From: Candidatus Latescibacterota bacterium
Lineage (GTDB): Bacteria > Latescibacterota > UBA2968
Direction of reading: 5' to 3'
Length of the DNA: 64,000 nucleotides
Assembly (NCBI GenBank): GCA_965204745.1
Contig: OZ242010.1
Location: 2,304,001-2,368,000 of the forward strand
This document shows positions 10,570-21,136 of this stretch, piece after piece. The position numbers and the translations under genes were made by a program. Within the stretch, counting starts at the first letter, position 1. Every line of letters begins with the position of its first letter. The notes under the pieces are model-generated. The model was given only the letters and a program-made list of their open reading frames with translations. It was not told the origin of the DNA and did not search any database.

Positions 10570-10921
10570 CCTATCCCCCCGGCCCCCGTTATTCGATTCG
10601 CTCATTGTAAGGCTACGCCTGCGCGCCTGCGAGGGGGACCTACCCCCTGGCCCCCTTCCTACGAGGAAGGGGGAATGGCGAAAGGTTTTGCGAGGGGAAG
10701 GGGTGAGGGATTTTTAATCGCTTTGTCCCCTCGGTCAATGCCATCAGAGCAACCAGAACGAGAAGCCACCAAAGGCACTTTACTCCCCTTTCCTCGTAGG
10801 AAAGGGGCCGGGGGATAGGTCCCCTCGGTCAATGCCATCAGAGCAACCAGAGCCAGAAGCCACCAAAGGAACTTTACTCCCCTTTCCTCGTAGGAAAGGG
10901 GCCGGGGGATAGGTCCCCTCG
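10568..10921. repeat. Cluster of palindromic GACCTACCCCCTGGCCCCCTTCCT-N-AGGAAGGGGG elements including a 94-bp tandem duplication
   Basis: Forward copies at about 10568 and 10637 and inverted copies ending at 10820 and 10914; period 94 (10725/10819/10913). The same family occurs at 48173-48240 and 60128-60425. Confidence 0.85.
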
Positions 10922-11012
10922 CAGAACTTACTAAATTGATTTTTTGTTGTCCTAATCTGTTTGAATGTCTCGTCGTATCACTCCCGTCGTCCTATCACAG
11001 AAAGGAATGGAG

Positions 11013-11972
11013 ATGAAAATCGTTTTGCACCCCCCGGTCGATGACGCCCTTTGCCAGCAGGTTCGAGACACCGCGCCCGACGCCGAAGTCGTGATGGTCG
11101 ATCAGGGCGATGCGGTCGCTGCCGTTGCCGATGCCGAAATCATCTTTGGCGTTTTTACGTCTGAATTGGTGTGCGCGGCGCCCAACCTCAAGTGGATTCA
11201 ATCCACGAGCGCGGGCATGGACAAGGCCCTGATCCCAGAAGTGGCGGACAGCGACATCGTCCTTTGCAATGCCAGCGGCGTGCATGCGGTGCAGGTTGCC
11301 GAACACGCCTGGGCACTCACCACGGCCCTCACGCGCGGGCTTCACGTTTCCCTGCGCCACCAGCGCGACCACGCCTGGAAGCGACCGCCCCTCGCGGATT
11401 TGTTGGGGGCGACCGTTCTCATCATCGGGTTTGGAGGCATCGGCCAGTACTATGCCCAACTCGCGCAGGGCTATGCGGCGCGGCTGATCGCGTTGGATAT
11501 TCAGGGCGGCGACAAACCCGATTACGTGGAAGCGATCTGGAGCATGGATCGCTTGGACGAGGGCCTGCAACTCGCCGATGTCGTGTTCATCGCCGTGCCG
11601 TACACGCCCGAGACCGCAAAACTCATCGATGCCCGCACCTTGGGGCTGATGAAAAACACCGCGTTCTTGGTCAACACCGCGCGCGGGCCTATCGTGGATG
11701 AAGCCGCTTTGGCCGAAGCACTCCAATCCGGCGAAATCGCAGGTGCGGGCCTGGACGTGTTTGAACGAGAACCGCTGTCCCCGGACAGTCCACTATGGGA
11801 CTTGGAAAACGCCATCATCACTCCACACGCGGCCGGGGGATCGCCCAATCGGCACAACCGAACCGTGGCGTTTTTCTGTCAAAACCTCAAACGCTACTTG
11901 GCCGGCGAGCCGCTCTTCAACGAAGTGGATAAATCCCTCGGCTATCCCAAACGGGAACGCCGCGTCAATTAA
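11013..11972 (+). CDS. D-isomer-specific 2-hydroxyacid dehydrogenase
   Basis: GFGGIG, VNTARG, LDVFERE, TPHAAG; AAAGGA RBS before ATG 11013. Confidence 0.92.
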   Translation: MKIVLHPPVDDALCQQVRDTAPDAEVVMVDQGDAVAAVADAEIIFGVFTSELVCAAPNLKWIQSTSAGMDKALIPEVADSDIVLCNASGVHAVQVAEHAWALTTALTRGLHVSLRHQRDHAWKRPPLADLLGATVLIIGFGGIGQYYAQLAQGYAARLIALDIQGGDKPDYVEAIWSMDRLDEGLQLADVVFIAVPYTPETAKLIDARTLGLMKNTAFLVNTARGPIVDEAALAEALQSGEIAGAGLDVFEREPLSPDSPLWDLENAIITPHAAGGSPNRHNRTVAFFCQNLKRYLAGEPLFNEVDKSLGYPKRERRVN

Positions 11973-12030
11973 AAGCGGGAATGTGCGAATAGACGCCCCC
12001 CGGTCAATTCCATTCACATGAGAGGGAAAA

Positions 12031-13635
12031 ATGAAAAAACCCAACATCATCGTCATTCTCGTAGATGACATGGGCTATTCCGATCTGGGGGCTTATGGCG
12101 GTGAAATCCGAACCCCCAACCTGGATCGCTTGGCGGCTCGTGGCCTGCGATTCACGCAGAGTTACAACTCGGCCCGCTGTTGTCCTTCGCGGGCTTCTCT
12201 GCTTACGGGCTTGTATTCCCATCAGGCGGGCATTGCCAATTTCACGGGCAAGGACCAAACCGCCGAGTTGGGCCCCGCGTACTTGGGGCGGCTGAACGAC
12301 AACTGCGTCACAGTGGCCGAAGTCCTCAAAACCGCGGGCTACAACACCTACGGCGTGGGCAAGTGGCACGTCGGGGACCAGCTCAATCCCATCGACCGGG
12401 GATTTGACGAGTACTACGGGTTCATCAAAGGGCACAGCGCGTCGCAGTGGGAACCGGAACACTACTATCGCCATCCCGAGTCCTGCACCCCGGAACACGA
12501 GTACGCGCCCGACGCGTTTTATGCCACAGACGCATTTGGCGATTACGCCATTGAATTTATCGACCAAGCGCGACGCAAAAACGCGCCGTGGTTCCTCTAT
12601 CTCGCCCACTCGGCACCGCATTGCCCCCTGCACGCGCCGGTGGAAACCCGGGATTCCTATCTCGACATCTACCGCCGCGGCTGGGATGTGTTGCGTCGCG
12701 AACGCTATGAACGCCAGCGCGCATCTAACTTGGCAACCGAGAACTGGCAATTCACCCCGCGTTCTCTCGTACCTATCGAGGAAAACGAAGCGATAGCCCA
12801 TGGGTACAGCGGCGAGCAGAATCCCGCGTGGGTCGATCTGCCCGAAGATCGCCGCGAGGATCTCGCCTATCGCATGGCGGTCTTTGCCGCGATGATCGAA
12901 CACATCGACCGCGGCGTCGGCAGAATCATCGACCTGTTGGAAACCACCGGCGACTTGGACAATACGCTCATCTTGTTCACGAGCGACAACGGCGCGAGTT
13001 ACGAATGGGGCCCTTTTGGGTTTGACGTGCGAAGCAGGGCGGGCATCACGCATCTCCACACCGGCGACGACCTGCAAAAGATCGGCGGGCCGGGGACTTA
13101 CCATGCTGTCGGCAGCGCGTGGGCATGCCTGAGCAACACGCCCTTGCGAATGTACAAACACTACAACCACGAAGGCGGGAATTGCAGCCCATTCATCGCG
13201 CATTGGCCCGAAGGGATCGCGCAACCCGACCGCTGGGTTCGCACGCCCATGCACCTGTTTGACATCATGCCGACCCTGTGCGAAATCGCCGCCGCCAACT
13301 ATCCGCAAACGCACAACGGCAACCGCATTCACCCGCAAGAGGGGATGAGCCTCATCCCTCTGTTCAACGCCCGCGACCTGCCCGAGCGCGCCCTGTGCTT
13401 CGACCACTTCGACGCCAGTGCCATCCGCAAGGGCCGCTGGAAATTGCTACGCGGAAATACGCGCTATCCCACCCGCGACTGGGCACTCTACGACATGGAC
13501 GCGGACCGCTGTGAAACCACCGATCTCTCGGCCCAGCATCCCGAATTGGCACGAGAACTCGAGCGCGAATGGCACGCCTGGGCCATCCGCGTCAAAGTCC
13601 ATCCCTACCACTTGGCGGCGGGCACCGCGGACTGA
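12031..13635 (+). CDS. Arylsulfatase (S1 formylglycine-dependent)
   Basis: DDMG, CCPSRASLLTG (CxPxR), GKWH, SDNG; no signal peptide evident. Confidence 0.93.
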   Translation: MKKPNIIVILVDDMGYSDLGAYGGEIRTPNLDRLAARGLRFTQSYNSARCCPSRASLLTGLYSHQAGIANFTGKDQTAELGPAYLGRLNDNCVTVAEVLKTAGYNTYGVGKWHVGDQLNPIDRGFDEYYGFIKGHSASQWEPEHYYRHPESCTPEHEYAPDAFYATDAFGDYAIEFIDQARRKNAPWFLYLAHSAPHCPLHAPVETRDSYLDIYRRGWDVLRRERYERQRASNLATENWQFTPRSLVPIEENEAIAHGYSGEQNPAWVDLPEDRREDLAYRMAVFAAMIEHIDRGVGRIIDLLETTGDLDNTLILFTSDNGASYEWGPFGFDVRSRAGITHLHTGDDLQKIGGPGTYHAVGSAWACLSNTPLRMYKHYNHEGGNCSPFIAHWPEGIAQPDRWVRTPMHLFDIMPTLCEIAAANYPQTHNGNRIHPQEGMSLIPLFNARDLPERALCFDHFDASAIRKGRWKLLRGNTRYPTRDWALYDMDADRCETTDLSAQHPELARELEREWHAWAIRVKVHPYHLAAGTAD

Positions 13636-13725
13636 CCCCTTCCTGCCAACCGCTTGGGCGGTGGCGGGGTTGCCTCACCTCTTGTATCTTTGGGCGAGCA
13701 CAGCGATTGCGCCTTTATGTTTCTC

Positions 13726-13824
13726 TCACCTCTTACGTCTTGCCTCTTGCGTCTCACCTCTCCCGTCTCCCGTCTTACCTCTCACCGCAGGGGGTTGGGC
13801 GGGGTGGGAACTGACAACTGACCA
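13726..13824. repeat. Heptamer tract (TCACCTC/TTGCCTC variants) plus a G-rich/CTGACAA module
   Basis: Reverse complement of the GAGGCAA/GAGGTGA family, followed by GGCGGGGTGGGAACTGACAACTGAC just before the RBS of the next gene. Confidence 0.75.
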
Positions 13825-13841
13825 TTATCCCCGAGGACGCC

Positions 13842-15134
13842 ATGAAAATCACCCAATTTACAATGGAAGAGGTGCGCTGTTTTGCCGAACGCCAGCAATT
13901 CGACATCCGCCCCCTGACGTTTTTGGTGGGCGAAAACAGCACGGGCAAGACGACCATGCTGGCGTGTTTTCAAGCGTTGGCAAATTATTTGAAGCGCGGG
14001 GAGATGGATTTCAATTCGCAACCCTACGCCCTGGGCATTTTTCGGGACATCGTCAGAAACAGCAAAAAAAGGGAAAAAGCCTTTCGGCTCGGATTTGTGG
14101 TTGAAGGCGATTCTGAAAATGTCGAATACACCGTCGAGTTCGTGCAAAAAAGGGATGGAGTTGAACCCGCCATCGCGTCCATAAAAATAAAATTCACTGA
14201 CGGGGAGATCGTTTTCAAATACGAAGATACGGGGAAAGGAGAGGCGCGTCTCACAGACTTTGATGCAACGAAGAATCAATACCACGTAGAAGCACCTGAT
14301 GGCTTTCCACCTTTCTTTTACTTTTCACCCTTCTTTAATTTGACGCTTTGGATTAGCGTGCTCAATGGCAAAGGCAAACACGCCTTAGAGAAATATGTAA
14401 AGCAGAAGTATCAGGGCACTAGATACTCGGGCATGATGCGCGCCATATCCGTAGTCAGCCTCTCGCCGATTCGCGCCCGCCCAAAGCGGACTTATGATCC
14501 GACGCGGGAATTTAACGACCCCGAGGGAAGCGATGTGCCGATGCGGTTGATGCGGACGCAAGCGACGAAAAAAGAGCGATGGGAGGGCTTAAAACAAAAA
14601 TTGGTCGAATTTGGCAAGCACTCGGAACTGTTTCAAAACATAGAAATTAAAAACCTGGGCGGGTCTCTGGGCGACCCATTTCAACTGAAAGTCAAGGTGC
14701 GAGGCCCCAGTGCCAATCTCATTGACGTGGGTTATGGCGTCAGTCAAATCCTGCCGATCTTGGTGCAGATTTTAGACGCCGATATTTATAGCAACGCGAG
14801 AACGACCTTCTTATTGCAACAACCCGAAGTCCATCTCCATCCCAAAGCGCAAGCGCAACTGTCTTCATTGCTCGTCGAATTGGCGAATCACGGGCACCAT
14901 GCATTCATCGTTGAAACGCATAGCGACTACATGATTGACCGCGCGCGCATTGAAATCCGAAGAGGCAATATCAGCCCCAAAGACGTGTCGCTGATCTATC
15001 TGGAACCCAAGGGCCGCGTCGTCCATGTCCACAATATCCGCTTCGACAAAATGGCAAACATGCTCGACGTCCCCCCGCATTATGGCAAATTTTTCCTGCA
15101 AGAAACCGACCGTCTTATGGGATTTGAGGATTGA
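13842..15134 (+). CDS. ABC-type (AAA_21/OLD-like) ATPase, probable C-terminal DUF3696-like tail
   Basis: Walker A GENSTGKT, signature VGYGVSQ, Walker B/D-loop LLQQPEVHLHP, H-switch VETHS; visibly lower GC. Confidence 0.85.
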   Translation: MKITQFTMEEVRCFAERQQFDIRPLTFLVGENSTGKTTMLACFQALANYLKRGEMDFNSQPYALGIFRDIVRNSKKREKAFRLGFVVEGDSENVEYTVEFVQKRDGVEPAIASIKIKFTDGEIVFKYEDTGKGEARLTDFDATKNQYHVEAPDGFPPFFYFSPFFNLTLWISVLNGKGKHALEKYVKQKYQGTRYSGMMRAISVVSLSPIRARPKRTYDPTREFNDPEGSDVPMRLMRTQATKKERWEGLKQKLVEFGKHSELFQNIEIKNLGGSLGDPFQLKVKVRGPSANLIDVGYGVSQILPILVQILDADIYSNARTTFLLQQPEVHLHPKAQAQLSSLLVELANHGHHAFIVETHSDYMIDRARIEIRRGNISPKDVSLIYLEPKGRVVHVHNIRFDKMANMLDVPPHYGKFFLQETDRLMGFED

Positions 15135-15136
15135 TT

Positions 15137-15556
15137 ATGTGCGTTATTTTGGATGCCAACGGTCTTGGTCAATACAAGGATCCGAACAATGCGGAGATGC
15201 AACCCGTGCGGGATTGGCTCAGAAGATCCGGGAAAATCGTTTATTCCGACACCGATAAAGTTAGAAAAGAATGGGCAAAAGGGGGCGGACACAATTTGAT
15301 GCGGGAACTACAAAGGCGGAACAGCCTCAAGTTGGTGTCGATTCGAGATGTGCGACAAAAAGAGAATGAACTCAAAGGGAACATAGAATCAGATGACGAA
15401 CACATTATTGCACTCGCTATGGTCGCAAACGTAAAGGTCTTGGTTTCCAAGGACAAGAAATTGCACCGAGATTTCAAGAACCGCGATCTGGTCGGCGGCA
15501 AAGTGTATCAAACAGCGCGACACAAACACCTACTGACCAGAGATACTTGTCCTTAA
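15137..15556 (+). CDS. PIN-domain ribonuclease-like protein
   Basis: VILDAN at the N-terminus, DDEHIIALA and VSKD acidic motifs; ATG 2 bp after the ATPase stop. Confidence 0.75.
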   Translation: MCVILDANGLGQYKDPNNAEMQPVRDWLRRSGKIVYSDTDKVRKEWAKGGGHNLMRELQRRNSLKLVSIRDVRQKENELKGNIESDDEHIIALAMVANVKVLVSKDKKLHRDFKNRDLVGGKVYQTARHKHLLTRDTCP

Positions 15557-15606
15557 TCGGCTTTCAGCCATCAGCCCCGCCGCTTCGCATATCCCCGAGG
15601 TCTTCC

Positions 15607-16419
15607 ATGAAAATCATCATCCTCTCCACTATCGGCGCGCTCATTTTGCTCGGCGTGGGTGTGTACATTGTGTTTCAAGTTTCCGAGCGCGTCCAAACCG
15701 AAGACAAATCCTTTTTCCGCATCGAAGCCCGATGGCTCTACGGGTTCTTGGTATATGCCTCGGTCACGGTCACCATCTTTCTGATCTTGGTCTTGCAAAC
15801 CTCCCTCACGCGCCAGACGCGAACGCTTGAAAACACGCAAGCGCGCTTCCAGCAAGAACTCACGGCTTTTCGCACGCGCCTCGGCGACCAAACCGACCGC
15901 CTCATGTCGCAGATCGATGAAAAGGCCGAACTGACCGGCTCAGAAATCGAGATGCGCGGCAAGTTGTCCAATGAGATCGCCCATCACCAACGCACGCGGC
16001 AAGAGCGAGACGCAACACGCGCTGACTTGCAAACCACCCAAGGCGAACTCAAGCGGGAAACGCGGGCGCACTATGCCTATCGGGATAGCCTCAACACGGA
16101 GCGATCCCTACACGCAACCGTGCGAAAACAACTCGCGGACGAACAAAAACAGCATGCCAAAAACCGCGACATCTTGCGAAATACCCGACAAAATCTCGAC
16201 CACGCCAACGAGCGGCTGGATACGCAAAATCGGCAACTCGCAGCACTGCGAAACGATTTCAAACGCGCCCAGGACACCGCCGACAACGCGCTCCAAATCG
16301 CCGAAACAGCCAAACGCCTCCTGCGTCAATCCAACGCCCAGCAACGCGCATTGACGACCCTTCAAGCCACTGCGGATTCGCTCTTCCTCAAAGAATTTAA
16401 GCGACCGCGAGAGCCGTAA
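15607..16419 (+). CDS. Hypothetical membrane protein with two N-terminal TM helices and a long coiled coil
   Basis: Two hydrophobic stretches followed by about 200 aa of Q/E/R/L-rich heptad-like sequence. Confidence 0.7.
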   Translation: MKIIILSTIGALILLGVGVYIVFQVSERVQTEDKSFFRIEARWLYGFLVYASVTVTIFLILVLQTSLTRQTRTLENTQARFQQELTAFRTRLGDQTDRLMSQIDEKAELTGSEIEMRGKLSNEIAHHQRTRQERDATRADLQTTQGELKRETRAHYAYRDSLNTERSLHATVRKQLADEQKQHAKNRDILRNTRQNLDHANERLDTQNRQLAALRNDFKRAQDTADNALQIAETAKRLLRQSNAQQRALTTLQATADSLFLKEFKRPREP

Positions 16420-16494
16420 AAAAATATGACCCCATCCTCGTCTCGATCCTCGGCGGAGCGAGTAATGGGAATTCCCAACCCATTGGAGAAACAC

Positions 16495-17691
16495 ATGAAT
16501 CGAAAAAAAATCCTCCTTCCCATCCTCGTCCTGTTCCTCGGCGCGTTGAGTACTTATGTCGTGATGTTGATGGGCGGCAAAAAAATCGTGGTCACAATTA
16601 AAAACCGGGAAATCGCACAGGTTCGGCCCGAAGTGCCGCCGCCGCTCGTGCGCGTGCAAACCGTTGAACTCGAGGACCTGCAACTCGTGGTGCCAGCGCA
16701 GGGCACGGTCGCGCCGCGCACCGAAAGCACGCTCGTCGCGCAAGTGGCCGGGCAAATCACCCGCGTATCGCCCGCATTTGCCAACGGGGGTTTTTTTGAA
16801 AAAGGCGCTGTGTTGCTCACCATTGACCCGCGCGATTACGAAGTCGCGGTTGCCCAAGCCAACGTGCAAGTCGCGCAGGCGAAGTTGCGCTTGGCACGCG
16901 AAGAGGAAGAAGGCGCGATAGCCCGAGACGAGTGGCAACGCCTAGGCGATGGCGAACCGACCGCATTGGTGTTGCGCGAACCGCAAATCGCCGAGGCGCG
17001 GGCCACCCTCGCCGCTGCCGAAGGCGCGCTCGCCCGGGCGCGTCTCAACCTCGAGCGCACGCAAATCCGCGCGCCGTATCCCGGGCGCGTGCGCGCCAAA
17101 AGCGCGGATGTGGGGCAATACGTCAACCCCGGTTCCCCGGTGGGGCGCATCTACGCGGTCGATTATGCCGAGGTGCGCTTGCCCGTGCCCGATGACCAAC
17201 TCGCGTACCTAACCGTGCCCCTGTCCTTTCGCAACCGCGCCGATGCCAAAGGCCCGAACGCGCGCTTCTATGCCACCTTTGCCGGGCGAGAACACGCGTA
17301 CCTGGGCCGCATCGTGCGCGTGGAAGGCGAAATCGACCCGCGCTCGCGCATGGTCACGCTGGTCGGCCGCGTGGACAACCCCTACCGGCAACGCGACTCC
17401 AATCGCCCGCCCTTGGCCGTGGGCATGTTCGTCACCGCGGAAATTCTGGGCCATCGCGCCGAGGGGGTCGCGGCCATTCCGCGCGTTGCTCTGCGCGGCA
17501 AAGATCGCGTGCTCGTAGTGATAGAGAACCGCCTCTATTATCGCGCCATCGACATCTTGCGCGCAGACGCGGCAACAGTCGTCGTCAAAGCCGGTCTCAA
17601 CTCGGGCGATCAACTCTGCGTATCGCCACTCGACACGGTGGTGGATGGCATGCGCGTCCGCATCACGACGCAAACCGGAGGTACGCCGTGA
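16495..17691 (+). CDS. RND efflux periplasmic adaptor (membrane fusion protein)
   Basis: N-terminal TM helix, lipoyl halves AQVAGQI / IRAPYPGRV, alpha hairpin, LAVGMFV; GGAG RBS. Confidence 0.9.
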   Translation: MNRKKILLPILVLFLGALSTYVVMLMGGKKIVVTIKNREIAQVRPEVPPPLVRVQTVELEDLQLVVPAQGTVAPRTESTLVAQVAGQITRVSPAFANGGFFEKGAVLLTIDPRDYEVAVAQANVQVAQAKLRLAREEEEGAIARDEWQRLGDGEPTALVLREPQIAEARATLAAAEGALARARLNLERTQIRAPYPGRVRAKSADVGQYVNPGSPVGRIYAVDYAEVRLPVPDDQLAYLTVPLSFRNRADAKGPNARFYATFAGREHAYLGRIVRVEGEIDPRSRMVTLVGRVDNPYRQRDSNRPPLAVGMFVTAEILGHRAEGVAAIPRVALRGKDRVLVVIENRLYYRAIDILRADAATVVVKAGLNSGDQLCVSPLDTVVDGMRVRITTQTGGTP

Positions 17692-20600
17692 AAAATGCCA
17701 TTGAATGGTTTGCCCGAAACAGCGTGGCGGCCAATTTGCTGATGGTGCTGATCCTGGGCGGTGGGCTTTTTCTCATTTCCAGCATTCGCATGGAAATCTT
17801 CCCAGAGTTCTCGTCGGACATCATCTCGGTCTCTATGGTCTATCGAGGGGCCGCGCCCGAGGAAGTTGAAGAGGCGATCTGCGTGCGTATTGAAGAAGCC
17901 GTACAGGGCCTCGACGGCATCAAACGCCTCACCTCCACGGCATCGGAGAACATGGGCACGGTCAGAATCGAAGTCGATCCCAGCGCGGATTTGCGAAAAT
18001 TGCTCGACGATGTCAAATCCCGCGTGGATGCGATCACCACATTTCCGGCGGAAACGGAAAAACCCATCACTCGGGAAATCATCAACCGCCGCCAAGTCAT
18101 TAACATCGCAATTTCGGGGCCGGCGGATGAGAAAACCCTCAAAATAATTGGCGAGCGCGTCCGAGACGATATCGCCGCCATTCCCGGCATCACGCAGGTC
18201 GATCTCGCCAACACGCGCCCCTACGAAATCGCCATCGAAGTCTCGGAAAGCGATTTGAGACGCTACGGCCTCAGCTTTGGCGAAATCGCCATGGCGGTCA
18301 GGCGTTTTTCGATAGACCTGCCCGGCGGCGGCATTCGCACGCAAAGCGGCGAAATTTTGTTGCGAACCAAAGGCCAAGCCCATCGCGGCGACGAGTTTGA
18401 ATCCATCGTTTTGCGAACGCGCCCGGATGGCACGCACCTCCGGCTCGGCGATGTCGCCACGGTGAACGACGGGTTCGCAGAAACCGATCAATCCGCGCAA
18501 TTCGACGCAGAACCCACCGCGATTGTTCAGGTGTATCGCGTGGGGGATCAAAATGCCCTCGACATCACGGAAAAAGTCAAAGCCTATATCGAAGAAGCCC
18601 AAGCGCGCATGCCCGACGGGATCAAACTCACGGTGTGGTCGGATTTTTCTCGCGTTTTGAGAGGCCGCCTAGATCTCATGCTCCACAATGGGCGCCTGGG
18701 CTTTATCCTCGTCTTTATCGCGCTGACGATGTTTCTGCGGTTGCGGCTCGCCTTTTGGGTCTCGCTGGGCATTCCCATTTCCTTCCTCGGCGCGATCAGC
18801 CTGATGCCCTCGCTCGATATTTCCATCAACCTCATCTCGCTCTTCGCATTTATCATGGTGCTCGGCATCGTGGTTGACGATGCCGTCATCGTGGGCGAAA
18901 ACATCTATCGCCACCATCAGATGGGGAAACGCGGCTTGCGCGCCGCCATCGACGGCACGCGCGAGGTCTATGTGCCCGTGGTTTTTGCCATCCTCACGTC
19001 TATCGTGGCCTTCTCGCCCTTGCTCTTGGTCGAAGGTAGCCTGGGCAAAATCATAAGACTCATTCCGCAAATCGTCATTCTCACCCTCATCTTTTCCCTC
19101 ATCGAATCCCTTTTCATTTTGCCCGCGCACCTCGCGCATTCCAAAATGGATCGCACCTCCGCTTCAAAACGCACCTTGCCCCGCCTGTGGCAGCGGTTTC
19201 AAGATCGGGTCTCCACTGGCTTGCTCGCCTTTGTCGAGCGCTATTATCGCCCCTTTCTCGAATGGACACTCCAATGGCGGTATTTGACCCTGGCCTCGGG
19301 CATTGCCGTGTTCGCGCTCGCCGTGAGCCTCGTCGGAGGCGGATGGATCAAATTCATCTTTTTGCCCAAGATCGATTCCGACAATGTCGTGGCATTGCTC
19401 ACCATGCCCCAAGGCACGCCCGCAGAGGTCACGGAAAGCGCGGTGCGTCGCCTCGAACGATCTGCCCTGCACCTCAAACGCGAAATTGAGGGCGATAACC
19501 CCGGCGCGGTCTTTCGGCACATCCTCGCCTCGGTGGGCGAACAGCCCTTTCGCGCAACGCAAAGCCAGAACGTCGGGGGCAATGCCGAATTTTCATCGGC
19601 GCATTTGGGCGAAGTCAACATCGAACTCGTGCCGTCTGAAAACCGCACCGTCGGCAGCGAGGAAATCGTCCAACGCTGGCGCGAACTCAGCGGCGCGATT
19701 CCCGATGCGGTGGAACTGACTTATACGGCCTCCCTGTTTTCAACGGGCGAGGCGATCAACATCCAGTTCTCGGGGCCGGATTACGGCGAACTGCGCGAAG
19801 TCGCCGAGAAATTCAAAAGCACCTTGGGGGAATACCCCGGGGTATTTGACATCGCGGATACCTTTCGCCCGGGCAAACGGGAAGCGAAACTCTCCCTCAC
19901 GCGACAAGCCGAAATCATGGGCATCACGCTATCGGACCTCGCGCGCCAAGTCAGACAGGCGTTTTACGGGGAAGAAGCGCAGCGCATTCAGCGCGGCCGC
20001 GACGACATCCGCGTGATGGTGCGCTATCCCGCATCCGAACGCCGCTCCCTCGGCAACCTCGAGGACATGCGCGTTCGCACGCCCGACGGGGGCGAAGTGC
20101 CTTTCTCCATCGCCGCCGAGGCCGAGTTGAGCCGGGGCTATGCGTCCATTCGCCGCGCAGACCGCCAAAAGGCCATCAACGTCACCGCGGATGTCGATCA
20201 AAACGTCGCCAATGCAAACGAGATACTCGCCGATGTCACGGGCGCTGTCTTACCCAAAATCCTGGCCGACCACCCCCGCGTGCGCTACGGGTTTGAAGGC
20301 GAACAACGGCAACAAGCCGAAACCCTGGCCGGGATGGCCGACAGTTTTGTCCTCGCCTTGCTCATCATCTATATTTTGCTCGCCATACCCTTCAAGTCCT
20401 ACACCCAACCCCTCATCGTGATGACCGCGATCCCATTTGGAATTGTGGGCGCGATCTGCGGGCATGTCATTCTCGGATTTGACCTCACCATTTTCTCCTT
20501 GTATGGCATTGTCGCCCTCATCGGCGTCGTGGTCAACGACAGTTTGGTGATGGTCGATTTTATCAACAAACAGCGCGGCGAGGGCCACGCGCTTTCCATT

Positions 20601-20885
20601 GCCCTCCGCGAAGCCGGGTCCGTGCGGTTCCGCCCCATTCTCCTGACATCCCTCACGACCTTTCTCGGTCTCACGCCCATGCTGTTTGAAAAAAGCATTC
20701 AGGCGCAGTTCCTGATCCCCATGGCGATCTCGTTGGGGTTTGGCATCCTCTTTGCCACGGTCATCACCTTGTTGCTCGTGCCCATCAGCTACAACATTCT
20801 CGAAGACCTCATCGGCGTTTTCTACCGCATCATCGGCCGCGAACGCCGCGCTTTCCGCGCAGACCTGCATCGCGCAGTGGATTAG
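17688..20885 (+). CDS. RND efflux permease (AcrB/AcrD/AcrF family)
   Basis: 1065 aa, GIVVDDAVIVGEN proton-relay motif, RFRPILLTSLTT; GTGA overlap with the adaptor gene. Confidence 0.93.
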   Translation: MKNAIEWFARNSVAANLLMVLILGGGLFLISSIRMEIFPEFSSDIISVSMVYRGAAPEEVEEAICVRIEEAVQGLDGIKRLTSTASENMGTVRIEVDPSADLRKLLDDVKSRVDAITTFPAETEKPITREIINRRQVINIAISGPADEKTLKIIGERVRDDIAAIPGITQVDLANTRPYEIAIEVSESDLRRYGLSFGEIAMAVRRFSIDLPGGGIRTQSGEILLRTKGQAHRGDEFESIVLRTRPDGTHLRLGDVATVNDGFAETDQSAQFDAEPTAIVQVYRVGDQNALDITEKVKAYIEEAQARMPDGIKLTVWSDFSRVLRGRLDLMLHNGRLGFILVFIALTMFLRLRLAFWVSLGIPISFLGAISLMPSLDISINLISLFAFIMVLGIVVDDAVIVGENIYRHHQMGKRGLRAAIDGTREVYVPVVFAILTSIVAFSPLLLVEGSLGKIIRLIPQIVILTLIFSLIESLFILPAHLAHSKMDRTSASKRTLPRLWQRFQDRVSTGLLAFVERYYRPFLEWTLQWRYLTLASGIAVFALAVSLVGGGWIKFIFLPKIDSDNVVALLTMPQGTPAEVTESAVRRLERSALHLKREIEGDNPGAVFRHILASVGEQPFRATQSQNVGGNAEFSSAHLGEVNIELVPSENRTVGSEEIVQRWRELSGAIPDAVELTYTASLFSTGEAINIQFSGPDYGELREVAEKFKSTLGEYPGVFDIADTFRPGKREAKLSLTRQAEIMGITLSDLARQVRQAFYGEEAQRIQRGRDDIRVMVRYPASERRSLGNLEDMRVRTPDGGEVPFSIAAEAELSRGYASIRRADRQKAINVTADVDQNVANANEILADVTGAVLPKILADHPRVRYGFEGEQRQQAETLAGMADSFVLALLIIYILLAIPFKSYTQPLIVMTAIPFGIVGAICGHVILGFDLTIFSLYGIVALIGVVVNDSLVMVDFINKQRGEGHALSIALREAGSVRFRPILLTSLTTFLGLTPMLFEKSIQAQFLIPMAISLGFGILFATVITLLLVPISYNILEDLIGVFYRIIGRERRAFRADLHRAVD

Positions 20886-20890
20886 CGCGC

Positions 20891-20930
20891 AAAAAAGGGC
20901 CGGTTGCAAAAGCAATCGGCCCTTTCTCTT
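20891..20930 (+). terminator. Intrinsic terminator after the RND operon
   Basis: AAAGGGCCGGTTGC-AAAA-GCAATCGGCCCTTT hairpin followed by a pyrimidine run. Confidence 0.75.
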
Positions 20931-20970
20931 CCCTCTGCGGTGCGCGATCACCGCGTACCTGCCTATTGAA

Positions 20971-20999
20971 TTGACAAGCTATGCCAATACCCGTACATT
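20971..20999 (+). promoter_or_regulatory. Putative sigma70 promoter for the sulfatase at 21350
   Basis: TTGACA, 17-bp spacer, TACATT. Confidence 0.6.
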
Positions 21000-21136
21000 G
21001 GGTTTAACCGCTGATCGCTTCGGGCGGTTGGGCGGACTGACAGTTGTCAGTGGTCAGCCCCCGCCTAACCCTACCACCCAAGTAGTCAGTGGTCAGTCCC
21101 CACCCACTCCCCACCGCTATGTTCGTTAGAATTAGT

